Shown here piece after piece: positions 34,701-46,025 of a stretch of DNA of 64,000 nucleotides. The DNA is from Blasia pusilla (lineage: Eukaryota), in NCBI GenBank assembly GCA_050084515.1, contig CM114271.1:36952001-37016000 (forward strand). The letters run 5' to 3'. Under the pieces are notes generated by a model. That model did not search any database and was not told the DNA's origin. It saw only the letters and a list, made by a program, of their open reading frames with translations. The first letter of the stretch is position 1. Each line of letters opens with the position of its first letter. Both the position numbers and the translations under genes were made by a program.

Positions 34701-37700
34701 GCTGTCATGATAGCTGCTCCCAGAATTCTTGACCAAGCTTGGCATGTTGCAACATGCTCAAGGCTTTCTCTTGCAAGGTTCTATTCAGCCTTTCAGCTAC
34801 TCCATTTTGGTGGGGGCTGTCACGTGCCGTAACATCTTTTAATATCCCCTTGGCTGAGAGATATGCTTGAAAGTCTTTACTTGCATATTCTCCTCCTCCA
34901 TCAGACCTAAGTCTCTTCACTCTTCGTTCAACTTGCCTCTCTGTCATGTTGACAAAGATAACAAATTTCTCTAGAACTTGAGCCTTGCTGCTTATCAGGT
35001 ACACAAAGCTCTTTCTACTCTTCGTCCACAAATGACACAAAATAGCGTGCTCCTCCTAGTGACTTTACAGGCATTGGTCCACACACATCAGAGTGAATCA
35101 GGTCCAATAATCTTTCAGACCTGTTAAGTGACCTTCTGGGAGCGGGTGACTTGTGAGCTTTCCTTGCACACAAGCCTCACAGAACTCAAGCTTCTGTGAC
35201 TTCTCAATCTCCACACCACATGACATTCCTTGCAGATCTCGAATGCTGTGTTCCGATAGGTGCCCCAATCTGCAATGCCACAGATTCAGCAAGCTCCTAT
35301 TCTCAGTGAGATTTACCTGCTCCTCTGGATCACATTCCAGCAGTTTGAACAAATTTCCTTGTACCACTCCTCGGCACAAGACTTTCCCATTTCTTTCAAG
35401 TGTGCAAGTCTGGTTTGAGTTCCAGAAGTGCACATCAATTCCTGCCTCCAATAATTTCTTAACTGACAACAGATTTTTATGTAATCTGCAACATATAACA
35501 CTCCATGCAGCTGCCATTTCATCAATTTGCTTTCATCAGCACTGAAGAAAATAGAAACTGAGCCAACCCCTCCCACAGGACTTAACAATCCAGAAGCACT
35601 TCTCACGTGATGATTACTTGCTGGTTTTAGGTCTGAGAACAACTCCTCTTGATAACAGACATGTGATGTTGCACCGAGTCCACCCACCATCCACTGCTCC
35701 TCTTGAGATCTTTTCTCACACGAGGCCATCATGAAAGAACAGCAACTTTCATCAGATGTGTATTCAGTAGTCATCACTCCAGCAACCTTTGCCTTATCCT
35801 TCTCCCTGTAGGAGGTACTTTGCTTCTCCATCAACTTCTCTTGATTCTTGACTGCAGATCCACTCCTTTTAACTTTCTCCCCTTTTCAACTTCTTTGGAC
35901 AATTGCGAGCAAGATGTCCCTTCTCTGCACAAATGTAACAAGTTCTGGTCTCTTTCCACTTCCTATCCCTGTTGAGCATGACTGTTTCTTCCACAATCAC
36001 CTCTCGCTTCTGATCATATCTCAGGAGCTTGTTGGTCACAGATTCCCATGTAAGCAAATCTGCCTCCCAGGTTTTCAAAGATTGTAACCATTGTATCAAA
36101 TCGAGGAGGTAAGGAGGATAGCAACAGGGTTACCTTCCATATAGGAATCAGTTCCTGTCCAACTGCTTTCACTTGTGCAAAAGTTGACTCCATTTTGGCA
36201 ATGTGAGCTGCAACTCTATCTGTGTCAGCCATCCTTGTCGAGCTCAATGTCTTCCATCTTTGCATAGCTAGAGTCAAAGCTGACTCCTTGTTCAAACTCT
36301 TCAGCTTGGACCAGATCTCCCAAGCATTGCTTATACCATCCACCAACTCCCTCATAGAGGAGTTCAGGGTCTGTTTGAGTAAGATAGCTGCCAACTGATT
36401 TTGCTGTCTCCAAGCGAAGTTTACCACAAGCTCTTCTAGATTGTGAGGTTTCATCTCAACATACACCCACAACCCTTTCAGCATTAGAATGTCCATCATG
36501 GTTCTGGACCATTCTCTATAGTTCCCACCATCTAACTTCTCTACACTGCTGAAATCACTAAGGAGAAAGGTTTGGGTGGGCCCATAACCTGAGAAAATGA
36601 TTGACCAGCAGAAGTATCTCCTTGTACAAAGTCAGAGCTAGCATCAGCTAGACCATCCATGATTTCAGCTTGTACACAATCAGCAAATCAGTCCCTATCT
36701 CTATTGCCAAATCAGAGCCCTACCATGATGTGACTCTTCTTACTATCTAAGAGATACTAAGAAGGATTCTACTCAGCCACACCTTGCACTCACACTACAG
36801 GTCCTCACATGTCACCAGCTCAGAGATCAGACATGGCTCACCATTGAGCACAAACAATCTCCATCAGCATACTAGACAAAACAACCTGCCTTCCAGTGAG
36901 GCTCTAGCAAGCACAGCAATTAGTCTCAATCTCCTCTTCCTACTCTCTGATCACTCTGCAGCAGGACCAAGAGCCTCAGGAGTCCTCACCAAAACTGTGC
37001 ATGTTGTAGAATTGGCTTCTGCTCTCTAAACAGAGACATTATATACATCAGGGTGAGCACTTCTGGCCCTTAGATCTTCTTGAACAGATCCATACCCTAA
37101 ATAACAGATGGTGGCTAACCCTAACTCGAGAATTGCCCTAATTCAAGGTTACCCTAAAAAGATAGAGGAACACTAAGTTATCTCTAGCTAACTAAAATAG
37201 TATCCGACTAAGTTAGTATCTGACTAACTACTTTTAGAGCATGACTAAACTAGATATTAACAAATTTCAACAGATATCCAGGAAGAAACCCTTCAATGAG
37301 AAGGGCAGCCAGAAACAATCATGGATGCCTAGACATTCAGCCTTCTTCTCTGATCAGAGACTGCGTCCAGTAGTAGAATGTGAGTAACAGATCATGTGCA
37401 TTCTGTTGTGAGCTCATCTTTGCATCATTTCCAATGTCCGGCACTACAGCTGATGGAACCAGTAGAGGTGCAGAGGCAGAGGCTCCTTGCACATCATATG
37501 CATATCATAAAAGAACTTAGAAGCTCAATTATAACAATCCGTATCAATAATGACATCTTCACAGTTTCATGACTAGAATAATACCTTTACTCTAGAATTA
37601 TATGGATTTTAGTGGTACATTGTATGGAGGAAAAACAACTTTCGAAACTTTTTCTCCTGATTGTACTCGGCTAAACCGAAAGGAAACTTCCCAAAGGCAG

Positions 37701-40700
37701 AATAGAACAGGTAAGACATATAATGTATCAACACTCAACTTTCAACAAGTTTCTGTGGCAAAGAAGAAGAAGAAGAATTGTTAAGGAATATGGAAATGTA
37801 AGAGGACATACTGAGGTGCTCACAGAGTACCGGCGCAGAACAGGAAGAACTGTGAAGGCATGAAGCAATGTGAGTCCTCTCGAGTCAGAAGTGATAGCCT
37901 TGAAATTGCGGGCTCCTATCACATCTTGCCCCAAGAAAAGTGCATGCACAATTGCAACTGAATGCTCCTTCTCCACACCTTTGACCACAGTTGCTCTAGG
38001 CACATCCCAAAGCATAAGATGACCATTGGAGTAACCAACCAGCAGTATATCTCCTTGCTGATTGAAGCACATGGAACTCACAGCTGAATGCGATTTGTCT
38101 GAACCTGGAAGTGCTAAAACAAAGGGCTGCATGTCAAAAGATAATTGCTCGTCAGATTTACCACGCACAGACAATTAACTACCAGCAGGAAGCTTACGTC
38201 AGAAGTGAGGAACATTTCATTGATAGGAAAGTTAGTAGTTATCCCCTGCAAAGGCTTGGGCTGTCCCGCCAACAAGGAATTCTCATGTTTCTCATTTATG
38301 TTTTTCATCAAGAAGGTAAATTCAGAAGTATACAAGTCAGTCTTGAAATTGCTCAATGAATCGAAGGTATCTGAAATTTACTTGCCCGAAGACACAGGCC
38401 CTCTAATTGTATGACTGAATCTTAAAATCACCACCAATTTGCACCATAAAGTCACCACCAACATAAGACCAGTCTTTGCCCTTTCATAATCATTCTAAAC
38501 CCTGACCATTTAACTTCCCCACTTCGGTAGTTCTTGATATCTTGAGCCATCCTGTTCATCAAGTCCTTAGAGCAAAGGTACCCACTTATGAGAACCTTCT
38601 ATGCCCTTCCTATATTTTCTTGCACTTGAATCAAGTAAATATTGGAAACAACAGTTGAAGCCCTGGTAGGATATCTATGTAACACGCCATATAAATAAGC
38701 AACACTTCAGTGTGCAAAAGTGTCTGGTGAAATGAGGAGATCTTGTAAGACAAAACATCTTATTTGCCACATGCTCTGGGCACGCTTAATGTACAGCTCC
38801 AAATATCCATCACACTCATGGGTACAAACATGAATTTTCTAGGTACCAGATTCCGGACGTTTTAGGGTGTGGTGACAAACACTGGAGATAACCATGCCAG
38901 AACCAATAGAAGTTAAGATGGGTGCTAGATAAAATCGTTCCCTAAATTATCTAGCACCCATCTAAACTTCTGTTGAAAACGACTGGGATATCAAAATTTT
39001 CATATCAATCAATACCTCCTCACACTACGTTCCCACATGAAAAAGTAGGAGAGTTCCTACCTTCGCATCAGTTTCATCTGCACTCCGTGTTGCTGAATAT
39101 TTGCTTGGGATTACTAGCACAGCTCCCTTTGACAGTCCTATGGCTATAAAATTAGAATGTACAGCCAAAGCTTGGGGTAATCCGTGATCTCGTCGCATTG
39201 CTGCAGACTGCAAAGCAACAGAAAGAGACCCTCCCGAATCCAACTGTAAGAAGCCAATGGCAGGAGCACCCCTCTGAATACCTTCAAGTCTCATCGGCTG
39301 TGCAACCGCTCCTTCTTCCCAGTGCAAACCAGAGCTAGCGGCTTTCCTCTCTAACTCCTCCGCAAGTTGCAATGCAGTGCGTCGTTGTTCTTCCTCAATT
39401 GCCTGTATAGCTACTTGGTTTTCCATTTCAAGCTTCCCCATCTGTTTCATAAGCTCTTCAGCGGCTCCTTGAACTTCGTTTCCGTCCATTAAACCCCTGC
39501 TGCGTGTAGAGCTCTGAGATATTTCGATCTGTACATCAACCGTGCCCAGGGAGCTCACTTCCACCTGCTCTTCCGGTTCATCAATCCAATTATTCAGAGA
39601 GTCTACATCGCTTAGCTCGGGCTCCGCTGTGTCTAATTCATTGCTCCGTTGGAAAGGATTATCAATTCCTACTTGAGAATCCATCGGCTCATCACTACCA
39701 AGTTCATTGGCGAGAAGTCCGTGTTCAATCTCTGATTCTTCCAGGGATGAGAAATCATCGGGCACAAACTCCGGGACGAGATGCAACTCTCTGTCAGGAT
39801 CCACTTCAGCGAGAGTCGCAGAAGAGTCGGAAGAGCGGGACAAACTCGACAGCTGCTCCGATTCAGCGACAGAAGACGAGAGTGTTTCGATTCTATCGAG
39901 GGACTCCTCGATAGCAGTAATTGCTTCCCGACCAACAGAGTTCCCGAAACTGTCATCCTCCCTGGTGTCGTCGAGCAGAATTACCTCTGCTAATCTGTTT
40001 TCTTGCAATTCCTGCTGAATTGATTGTAGATTCTGGGATTCGCCCTCTAGTTCATAATTGTGAGATCCCCCATTCGATACTACATCGAGATTCACCTGGT
40101 CTTCAGTCGAAGAATCCCCATGCAGCTCAAGAAAATTGTTGTCCTCCTTCGCAGTTTCCGTCTCAGTCCCCTCCTGAAGTGCGAAAATCGTTCTCATAAA
40201 TTTGGATGCAGCATTAGGAAATATGACGGACTGACGTGATGCAGCTGCTGCGGCTGCAAAAGCAGCTCCCGGTCTCGGACTGGATTTGCTGCCGACAACT
40301 GGAGGGAGAAGACTGACTGAAGCCGGTGTGATGGAGGATCTTCCGTTGCTCTCCCATGCACCCAAGCTTCTTAAAACTGTGCCAGTCCTTTGGAAGCCAG
40401 GTGCATCAGTTCCACCCTTGTCTGTCCCAGTATACTCAATACCACTTCCCGTGGCTGTCTCCGTGCCAGCAGGAGGCGGAACCTGCACACCAGAGTCCAT
40501 GCTAGAAGATTTTTTGTCGCCATCATCTTGGTTGAAATTAGTCCTCGGATTGGTGACTGATAGCAATTCTTCATATGATTCATTGCCAACGATAGAGATC
40601 AAGGCACTCTTTTCCGCTTCGTGCAATTTTCCCCTATTTAGGCTCTCTTCCGACTCTCCTCGGGCTCTCAAAAAAAGCTGCCCATCCAGTCCTGTGGTGG

Positions 40701-40923
40701 CACGCCCATTTGCAACATGATCCGAGCTTTTAGAGTCGCGTGAAGATACTGTATTAGAAGACTTGGCGGATACAGACTCCCCAAGCACATCAGCGAATTC
40801 GGAGTCATTGAGAATTTCATCAAGAGATCGCTCCAGATCCGGTAGATCGTTTCCGTCGTCATCGCTGCTCTGAGCGTCCAAAAGAGCATCCACATCAAAG
40901 TCGTCGAAAAGCATATCTCCCAT
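22755..40923 (-). CDS. VPS8: Vacuolar protein sorting-associated protein 8 (CORVET subunit) homologue, 17 exons, about 2239 aa
   Basis: GT-AG exons read by hand, all phases consistent: 40923-39061, 38126-37812, 31695-31432, 30975-30556, 30385-29695, 29408-29344, 29199-29098, 28812-28667, 28492-28437, 27985-27240, 26930-26731, 26239-25891, 25521-25234, 24837-24728, 24591-24249, 24149-23613, 22979-22755. Plant VPS8 hallmarks: [19 protein letters not shown]40-like repeats, [32 protein letters not shown], a clathrin-repeat-like region ([14 protein letters not shown]) and a C-terminal RING ([17 protein letters not shown]). Confidence 0.95.
31825..32488 (-). repeat. 3' LTR (664 bp; terminal 19 bp missing)
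   Basis: Matches 36609-37272 at a constant offset of 4784, with no difference seen by eye. Preceded on the element strand by PPT AAGAGGGAG (32489-32497). Confidence 0.95.
36575..36589 (-). other. primer-binding site for a half-molecule initiator tRNA-Met
   Basis: The element strand reads GGTTATGGGCCCACC immediately after the LTR CA. This is complementary to the anticodon-arm sequence GGUGGGCCCAUAACC of plant tRNAi-Met (recalled sequence). Confidence 0.85.
36590..37272 (-). repeat. 5' LTR (683 bp, TG..CA)
   Basis: Element strand starts TGTTG and ends CTCA; followed directly by the PBS. Confidence 0.95.
38904..38975. repeat. near-perfect inverted repeat (hairpin) in VPS8 intron 1
   Basis: Arms 38908-38932 and 38947-38971 are 24/25 complementary, with a 14-nt loop. 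Confidence 0.85.
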
Positions 40924-43900
40924 CTATTCCCGTTTTCTCTGCATCCCATAATTGAGAGAAACGCACAGGGAGAGCGAGAGCGAGAGAGAGAGGAGATTTG
41001 TCACCAACCACCCGATCGATATACCAGAAACAACGCAAACCCTAAAGTGCTCCAATTATTTGACCTGACCCCCGCATCATGTTCCTTGACAGGAGAATTC
41101 GCCACACAAACTACACCCCAATATTCTACACCCATCTTCACCAGCACGACTCCTCGATTGCACGCGATCAGCTGGACGGTCCGATTCGCAATCCATTCTC
41201 ACGGCAAGTGCCAGACGAACGCGACAAAATTCGCGCAATCAACAAACATTCCCCATACTCCATCTCCGAAAAAAGAGGCGCGCCATCGATGTCCCTATAC
41301 AAATCCCCCCTTGTTCATCCATCGATTTCTCAGAGCGTGAGAACGGGCGTAGCTACCACGGTCGATCGCAGGCCTACGCATGCAACCGCAAGAGAGCAGA
41401 TGCAACTCCGCCCTTCCGTAGACATCATTCTATGCCCGTCTGCACAGGTAGCGGGGGTGGATCGATCCACAACAGGTCTTGGAGACCGCGTGTCGCCAAG
41501 CAGGAGGCTGGCGCTCATGCTTCGTTGTCGGCAAACCTTTCCACGGAAGGCAAGGACGGCATCAGGAAAAGGTCAACAGCTGACAGGTCCAACCCTTCCT
41601 TTATGTTGGATCCTTGAGCTTTCCTCGTTCACGTCCAGTGCAGCCTGCGGAACGGTGTCCGAGCGTTCGAATGCATCTCCTCTCCGCTGCAAACCGTTGA
41701 ATTCTACGACTTGTGTGAATCCCTGTCCCTTGCTTGGATCCCACATGATTCCCCGTATCTTGGGCGTTTTTAATGCTCGGACTCCGGAGCTGCGCGACTG
41801 CCTGCGACTGACAGGCGGGGAAACAGAAGAATCGCAGCTACATTATTGCACAGTGCACAGTCTGTCCAGAGATCTAATTCACGGGATCAATCGACTATGG
41901 CGTGGCTTCCGTAGTTCGGACATGTGCTCCCTACTAGACTCGTGGTATAAGCATACGATTGTTGTAGAACTCCAACTCATGGCATCTGTCCTCTAGATCT
42001 CTCCAAACTTTTCATAATCGACATCATTAAAACAGGATGTGGTTGAAACTTGTCCTCTCGGGGCCTTCTATTAGTAGCGGGCGTCATCTTACGATAATTA
42101 AATTAAATAATTAAATTCAGGAGAAAACTTGTCTCGCACGGGCAACTATTAGTTTTTTTTTTTTTTTATAATTTGTTCGTCTAAAAGATTTTTTTATCTC
42201 AAAGTTCACCACGCTTCCGGATGCAATGGGAGAGATAAGGTGCAACGGCAGAGGAAACCAGATTTCCTAGTTTGGTTGGGCAAAGGGAAGGTGTCGCCCT
42301 TACCATTCCATGATATGCCAATTTTCCATCCCCATTTATCCATATACGACACTTGATTGCCATCCCTTCAAGATTCAAGGAATGTAGGCAATTTCTATGG
42401 TAAGGTTAAATTTCAAATTTTCTCATGCAACATTGTTGAGGGGGCAAGTTGAATGCTCGAAGCTAAGGAGCGCTAATGAAGAGCAACATCCCGAAACTCC
42501 TTCGGCCGAGCTACAACCACATCGGTAGTGGGACGAGGACTTCATAGTCAGCTCTCGTAAGTTGAAGACCTAACTTATGCCAGTAAATGTGGGGACAATT
42601 TGCAGAGAAAGTATTTTGATAGAGATCTTATTTCTAACTCATCTTTTAAAATGGAACACCAAAAAGGAGAACTTTCAAATGGACAAAGCGAGGATGACAC
42701 CAAGACAACAATCGTATCGTCCTCGCTTAATTAACAATGGAAAATATAAACATAAACTAGACCTTTTCCCCGATACTGCCAAAGACTTGCGAGAAATCTT
42801 TTACTTCGATGAATCAAGAGTGTTATTGGATCCTACTGTAGATGAACTTCTCAATTGGCATAGGCATTAGTCACGTCTTTTAGGATGTATTGACGAGTTT
42901 ACAATAGGATGCCTTCAAGGATCTTGCATACCAACATGCCTCTACATGTTGGTCTGCAAGATAGGGCCATTGCTTCCAAGGAAACGCACTCACGTAGAGA
43001 GCAAAGAAGGAAGACATGCTAAGGGACACCCCATGATACTAATACACACAAAACTCGATGCATGAATTGCTTAGAGGAATCCCATTAGACTTTCTAGCAA
43101 ATTGATCAAGCAATACTCCACATCGAGCAAAGTCACTCGATATTGCATACTTGTGGTGGCAAGTAAATGGCCCCCGGACCATGAAAGAGTCCATCAAGGT
43201 CCATGGAATCCGACTTAACATTGACATTTGATAGAGACGAATATTTTTTGTTATTTACCTCTACAACCAACCTCTTGAAAAGTAACTTCACCCTCGGATT
43301 GATAATAACTCCACCTTCTCTTTGTTAAATCATACTAATTTTTCCGGGCTCATTCATGCTAGCTTTGCCTTTGGCAACTAAGCGAGAACTTCCCCCCATA
43401 CAACATCCCTAAATGTGGCTCCTCTAACTTACAAATTTTGTTCCATTTTTTTGTTAGGATGGGCAATCACATTTCTCCAAAGCTTGAAAAATATGCACGG
43501 ATGGCACACCAATGTCACTTTTACAAGTGTCCCTTCACTTTTAAAATCCACTCTTGTCTAAACAAGTGTTCCGTGCTTAGAAGGGGCCTTCCTTTTAAAG
43601 GAGGACCCCACTTCTTCAAGGAGGGGACGTATTAAACAAAGTTACCCTAAACAACACACATCCTATTGGTGCCAATTGTCAAAAGGGGATGAATTTGAAC
43701 ATTGAATTCCAATGATAATATAGATTATCATTTTAGGTGCATCCTCATGAACGAAATCTTATTATAAATAAAATCAAAAATCAAAATATATTCCTTACGG
43801 ACCTTACATACATACACTCCTCATTTTTTCCCTCACCATTTACGCTGTCCGCTAACCCATAATTAATCACTTTCTCCCCCCACCCCTCTAAGGGTGGGGA

Positions 43901-44209
43901 GAGGAAATGCAAAGAAAAACCCCTCCTTGCGACAAATTTAAATTTGACGAGAGTCTCCTAAAAAGCGTGAGCTTGGGACTTTCGGCACAAGCTCGTGGCG
44001 AGTTTTGGGACCCACACGGTCATGCGACCGTCACGCACCGCAGTTCCATCGTCAGCAGAAGGGCGCTAAAACCACCAGTGACATCAGTAGAGGGTTGGTT
44101 TATCTCCTGATTAGCGCCGAAGGGAGTGATTCATTCAAATCAAAAGATTCATTCAAGCACATACTCAGGTGCTCCCCCGTCCAACGAGTCGCGCGCAAAG
44201 GGCGGGCTT

Positions 44210-45470
44210 CATGAATCTCCCATGAGCCCTACTTCCGATGTTCAAGAGCATCTCCGATGATCTGATCTCGGTCTGCGGTCCTCCCCCGATCGATTCTGTG
44301 AAGCTTGCAGCAGCTGGCGCGTCAGATTGGCGCACCTGACTCCGGCGACATATCGGTCCCCGATGGTGTGCTTTCGCCTGCGATTTACGACGCTCGCAGC
44401 GGAGCTCGAATGCATCCTGCGTCTTTCTCGGACAGATATCTCGTCCGTGAGGGAACGAATTGCGGTGCGCTGACCACTTTAGATCTCTCCGTCAAGTATC
44501 TTTCAGGGCCTCGACGTTTGGCAGTTCCTCGAAGCTAGTGGATTTTATCGTCTCGTCCAATTTTTGTCAGGTGCCAATCCCCCCGGATGAGCTTGGTCAT
44601 ATGCGGGATCTGAAGACGTTAGATTTGAGAGGAAACGCGTTCTTTCGGTAACGCTTCCTCTCTACGGTTTTTGGATCTCTCAGACAACGTTCTTGATCTT
44701 CGGAGAAATTCTCGGTGAGATCGGCCTTCTTCCGAGTCTGCGAGAATTGAGGTCGGGTCGCAACGCTCTCAATGGGAGTCTCCCTAAGTCACTGTTACAA
44801 CCCGCGAACGCTTCTTCCAGTCTACAGATGTTGTCTCTGTATGAAAACAAAATTCATCGGACCGCTCCCAGGTCTTCTACCGAAAGTCAACGAGATGGTG
44901 CTTTCTTATAACAGGTTTGGTGGCACTCTTCCTATGTCATTGCAGAATGCTTGGAAACTGACCGACCTGGACCTCTCGGAGAACCATCTATCTGGATCCA
45001 TACTCGCAATTCCCCTGGTCTTCTCCAGAATATCTTCAGCTTGAACCTGAATAGCACCAACTTCTCTGTTTCCCCTTCCTACGTCGTCGGGGAATGCCTC
45101 AAATCTCTATGACTTGGATCCCTCTTCCAACGTTCTCTCTGGATCACGACTTTCAACTCTTGCCGATCTTCCCTAGTCATTATTGCTCGCTTGAGCCTCC
45201 GTGGTAACAAGTTCTCTGGCACTTTTCTGATGTCATTTCGTTTGGGAATGCTTCAAATCTGTTCGTATTAGATATCTCACCTAACCTTCTCTCTGGACCA
45301 ATCAGGTTTCGACGTAGAATCAGGTGCGATGTTCGTCTCTTGGATTCGAGAGTCGAAGCCTGAGCGGTTGGTCATCGATCCGACGCTGGAGGAAGAGAAT
45401 CTGCTTTCCCGAGTGAGAGAATTACGCTGCTGTGTACACGGGAGAATCCACAGGACCGTTTAACTAATTT
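44210..45470 (+). pseudogene. LRR receptor-like kinase pseudogene
   Basis: About 9-10 plant extracellular LRRs spread over shifting frames (LTTLDLS..LSG, IPPDELGHMRDLKTLDLRGN, GEIGLLPSLREL..NALNGSLP, LSYNRFGGTLP..LTDLDLSENHLSG, LDISPNLLSGPI). These are followed by the kinase-end fragment 'VIDPTL..ITLLCTRENPQDR'. Confidence 0.85.
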
Positions 45471-45696
45471 TTGAAGTTATCAAATGTGTCTGACCTTGAA
45501 AAGGTGAAAGTGTGAAGTATCTCACGATGGTATTGGTTTAAAAAGTGAAAATATGAGGAGAGATAGATATCACAGAGTCACACTCCGATAATACAAACTA
45601 GTTTGGTGGCAGAGTTTTTTTCCTTCCTTCACTCCAACTAGTTAGCATGCCCATGCTAAAAAAATATTAGAAATGAAAATGAAATTATATAGCAAA

Positions 45697-46025
45697 TTTT
45701 TTAATTCATTTCACATACATAAAATCACCATTAAACATTCTCCATAAAATATAATCCCATCAATCAAGTTAAGCTCCATTATTTCATGTAATAATTATTA
45801 TCAAGTTTTAATCTACTTCACATACATAAAATCATCATTAAATCATTCCTCCATAAATGTAAAAACACCAATCAAATTAAAATTCATTATTTCTTGCAAT
45901 AATTATTATCAAGTTTTAATTCATTCTTCGTATATATAAAAAATTAAATCATTCCCTCATGAATATAATTCTTACCAATCAAATTAAATTCCACTATTTT
46001 TTACAATGATTAGTACCAAAGATTT
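45697..46025. repeat. AT-rich tandem repeat, about 110-bp unit x3
   Basis: 'ttttaattcat..cataaaatca.cattaaa.cattc..caatcaa.ttaa..ccattattt..aataattattatcaag' occurs three times. It sits next to a Helitron-like CTAG end at about 45638. Confidence 0.7.

Larger units (their letters stand above)
31825..37272 (-). mobile_element. Ty1/copia LTR retrotransposon in VPS8 intron 2, same orientation as the gene
   Basis: Domain order gag ([14 protein letters not shown]), PR, INT ([27 protein letters not shown]), RT ([33 protein letters not shown]), RNaseH ([21 protein letters not shown]). Two LTRs, a PBS and a PPT are present. The polyprotein is broken by many frameshifts. Confidence 0.97.

Noticed and set aside
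37350..37432. Possible intronic C/D snoRNA (ATGATGC...CTGA on the minus strand)
   Set aside because: The C box is imperfect, there is no convincing terminal stem, and I recognise no rRNA guide sequence.
41079..41996. 305-aa ORF divergent from VPS8
   Set aside because: No recognisable domain, and its composition fits a GC-rich promoter/UTR; probably a chance ORF.
42400..43400. Coding-like decayed sequence between VPS8 and the LRR pseudogene
   Set aside because: No motif could be assigned; probably a TE relic but unsupported.
45697..46025. Repeat array considered as CRISPR-like
   Set aside because: Eukaryotic context, and whole units repeat with no unique spacers; it is an ordinary tandem repeat.
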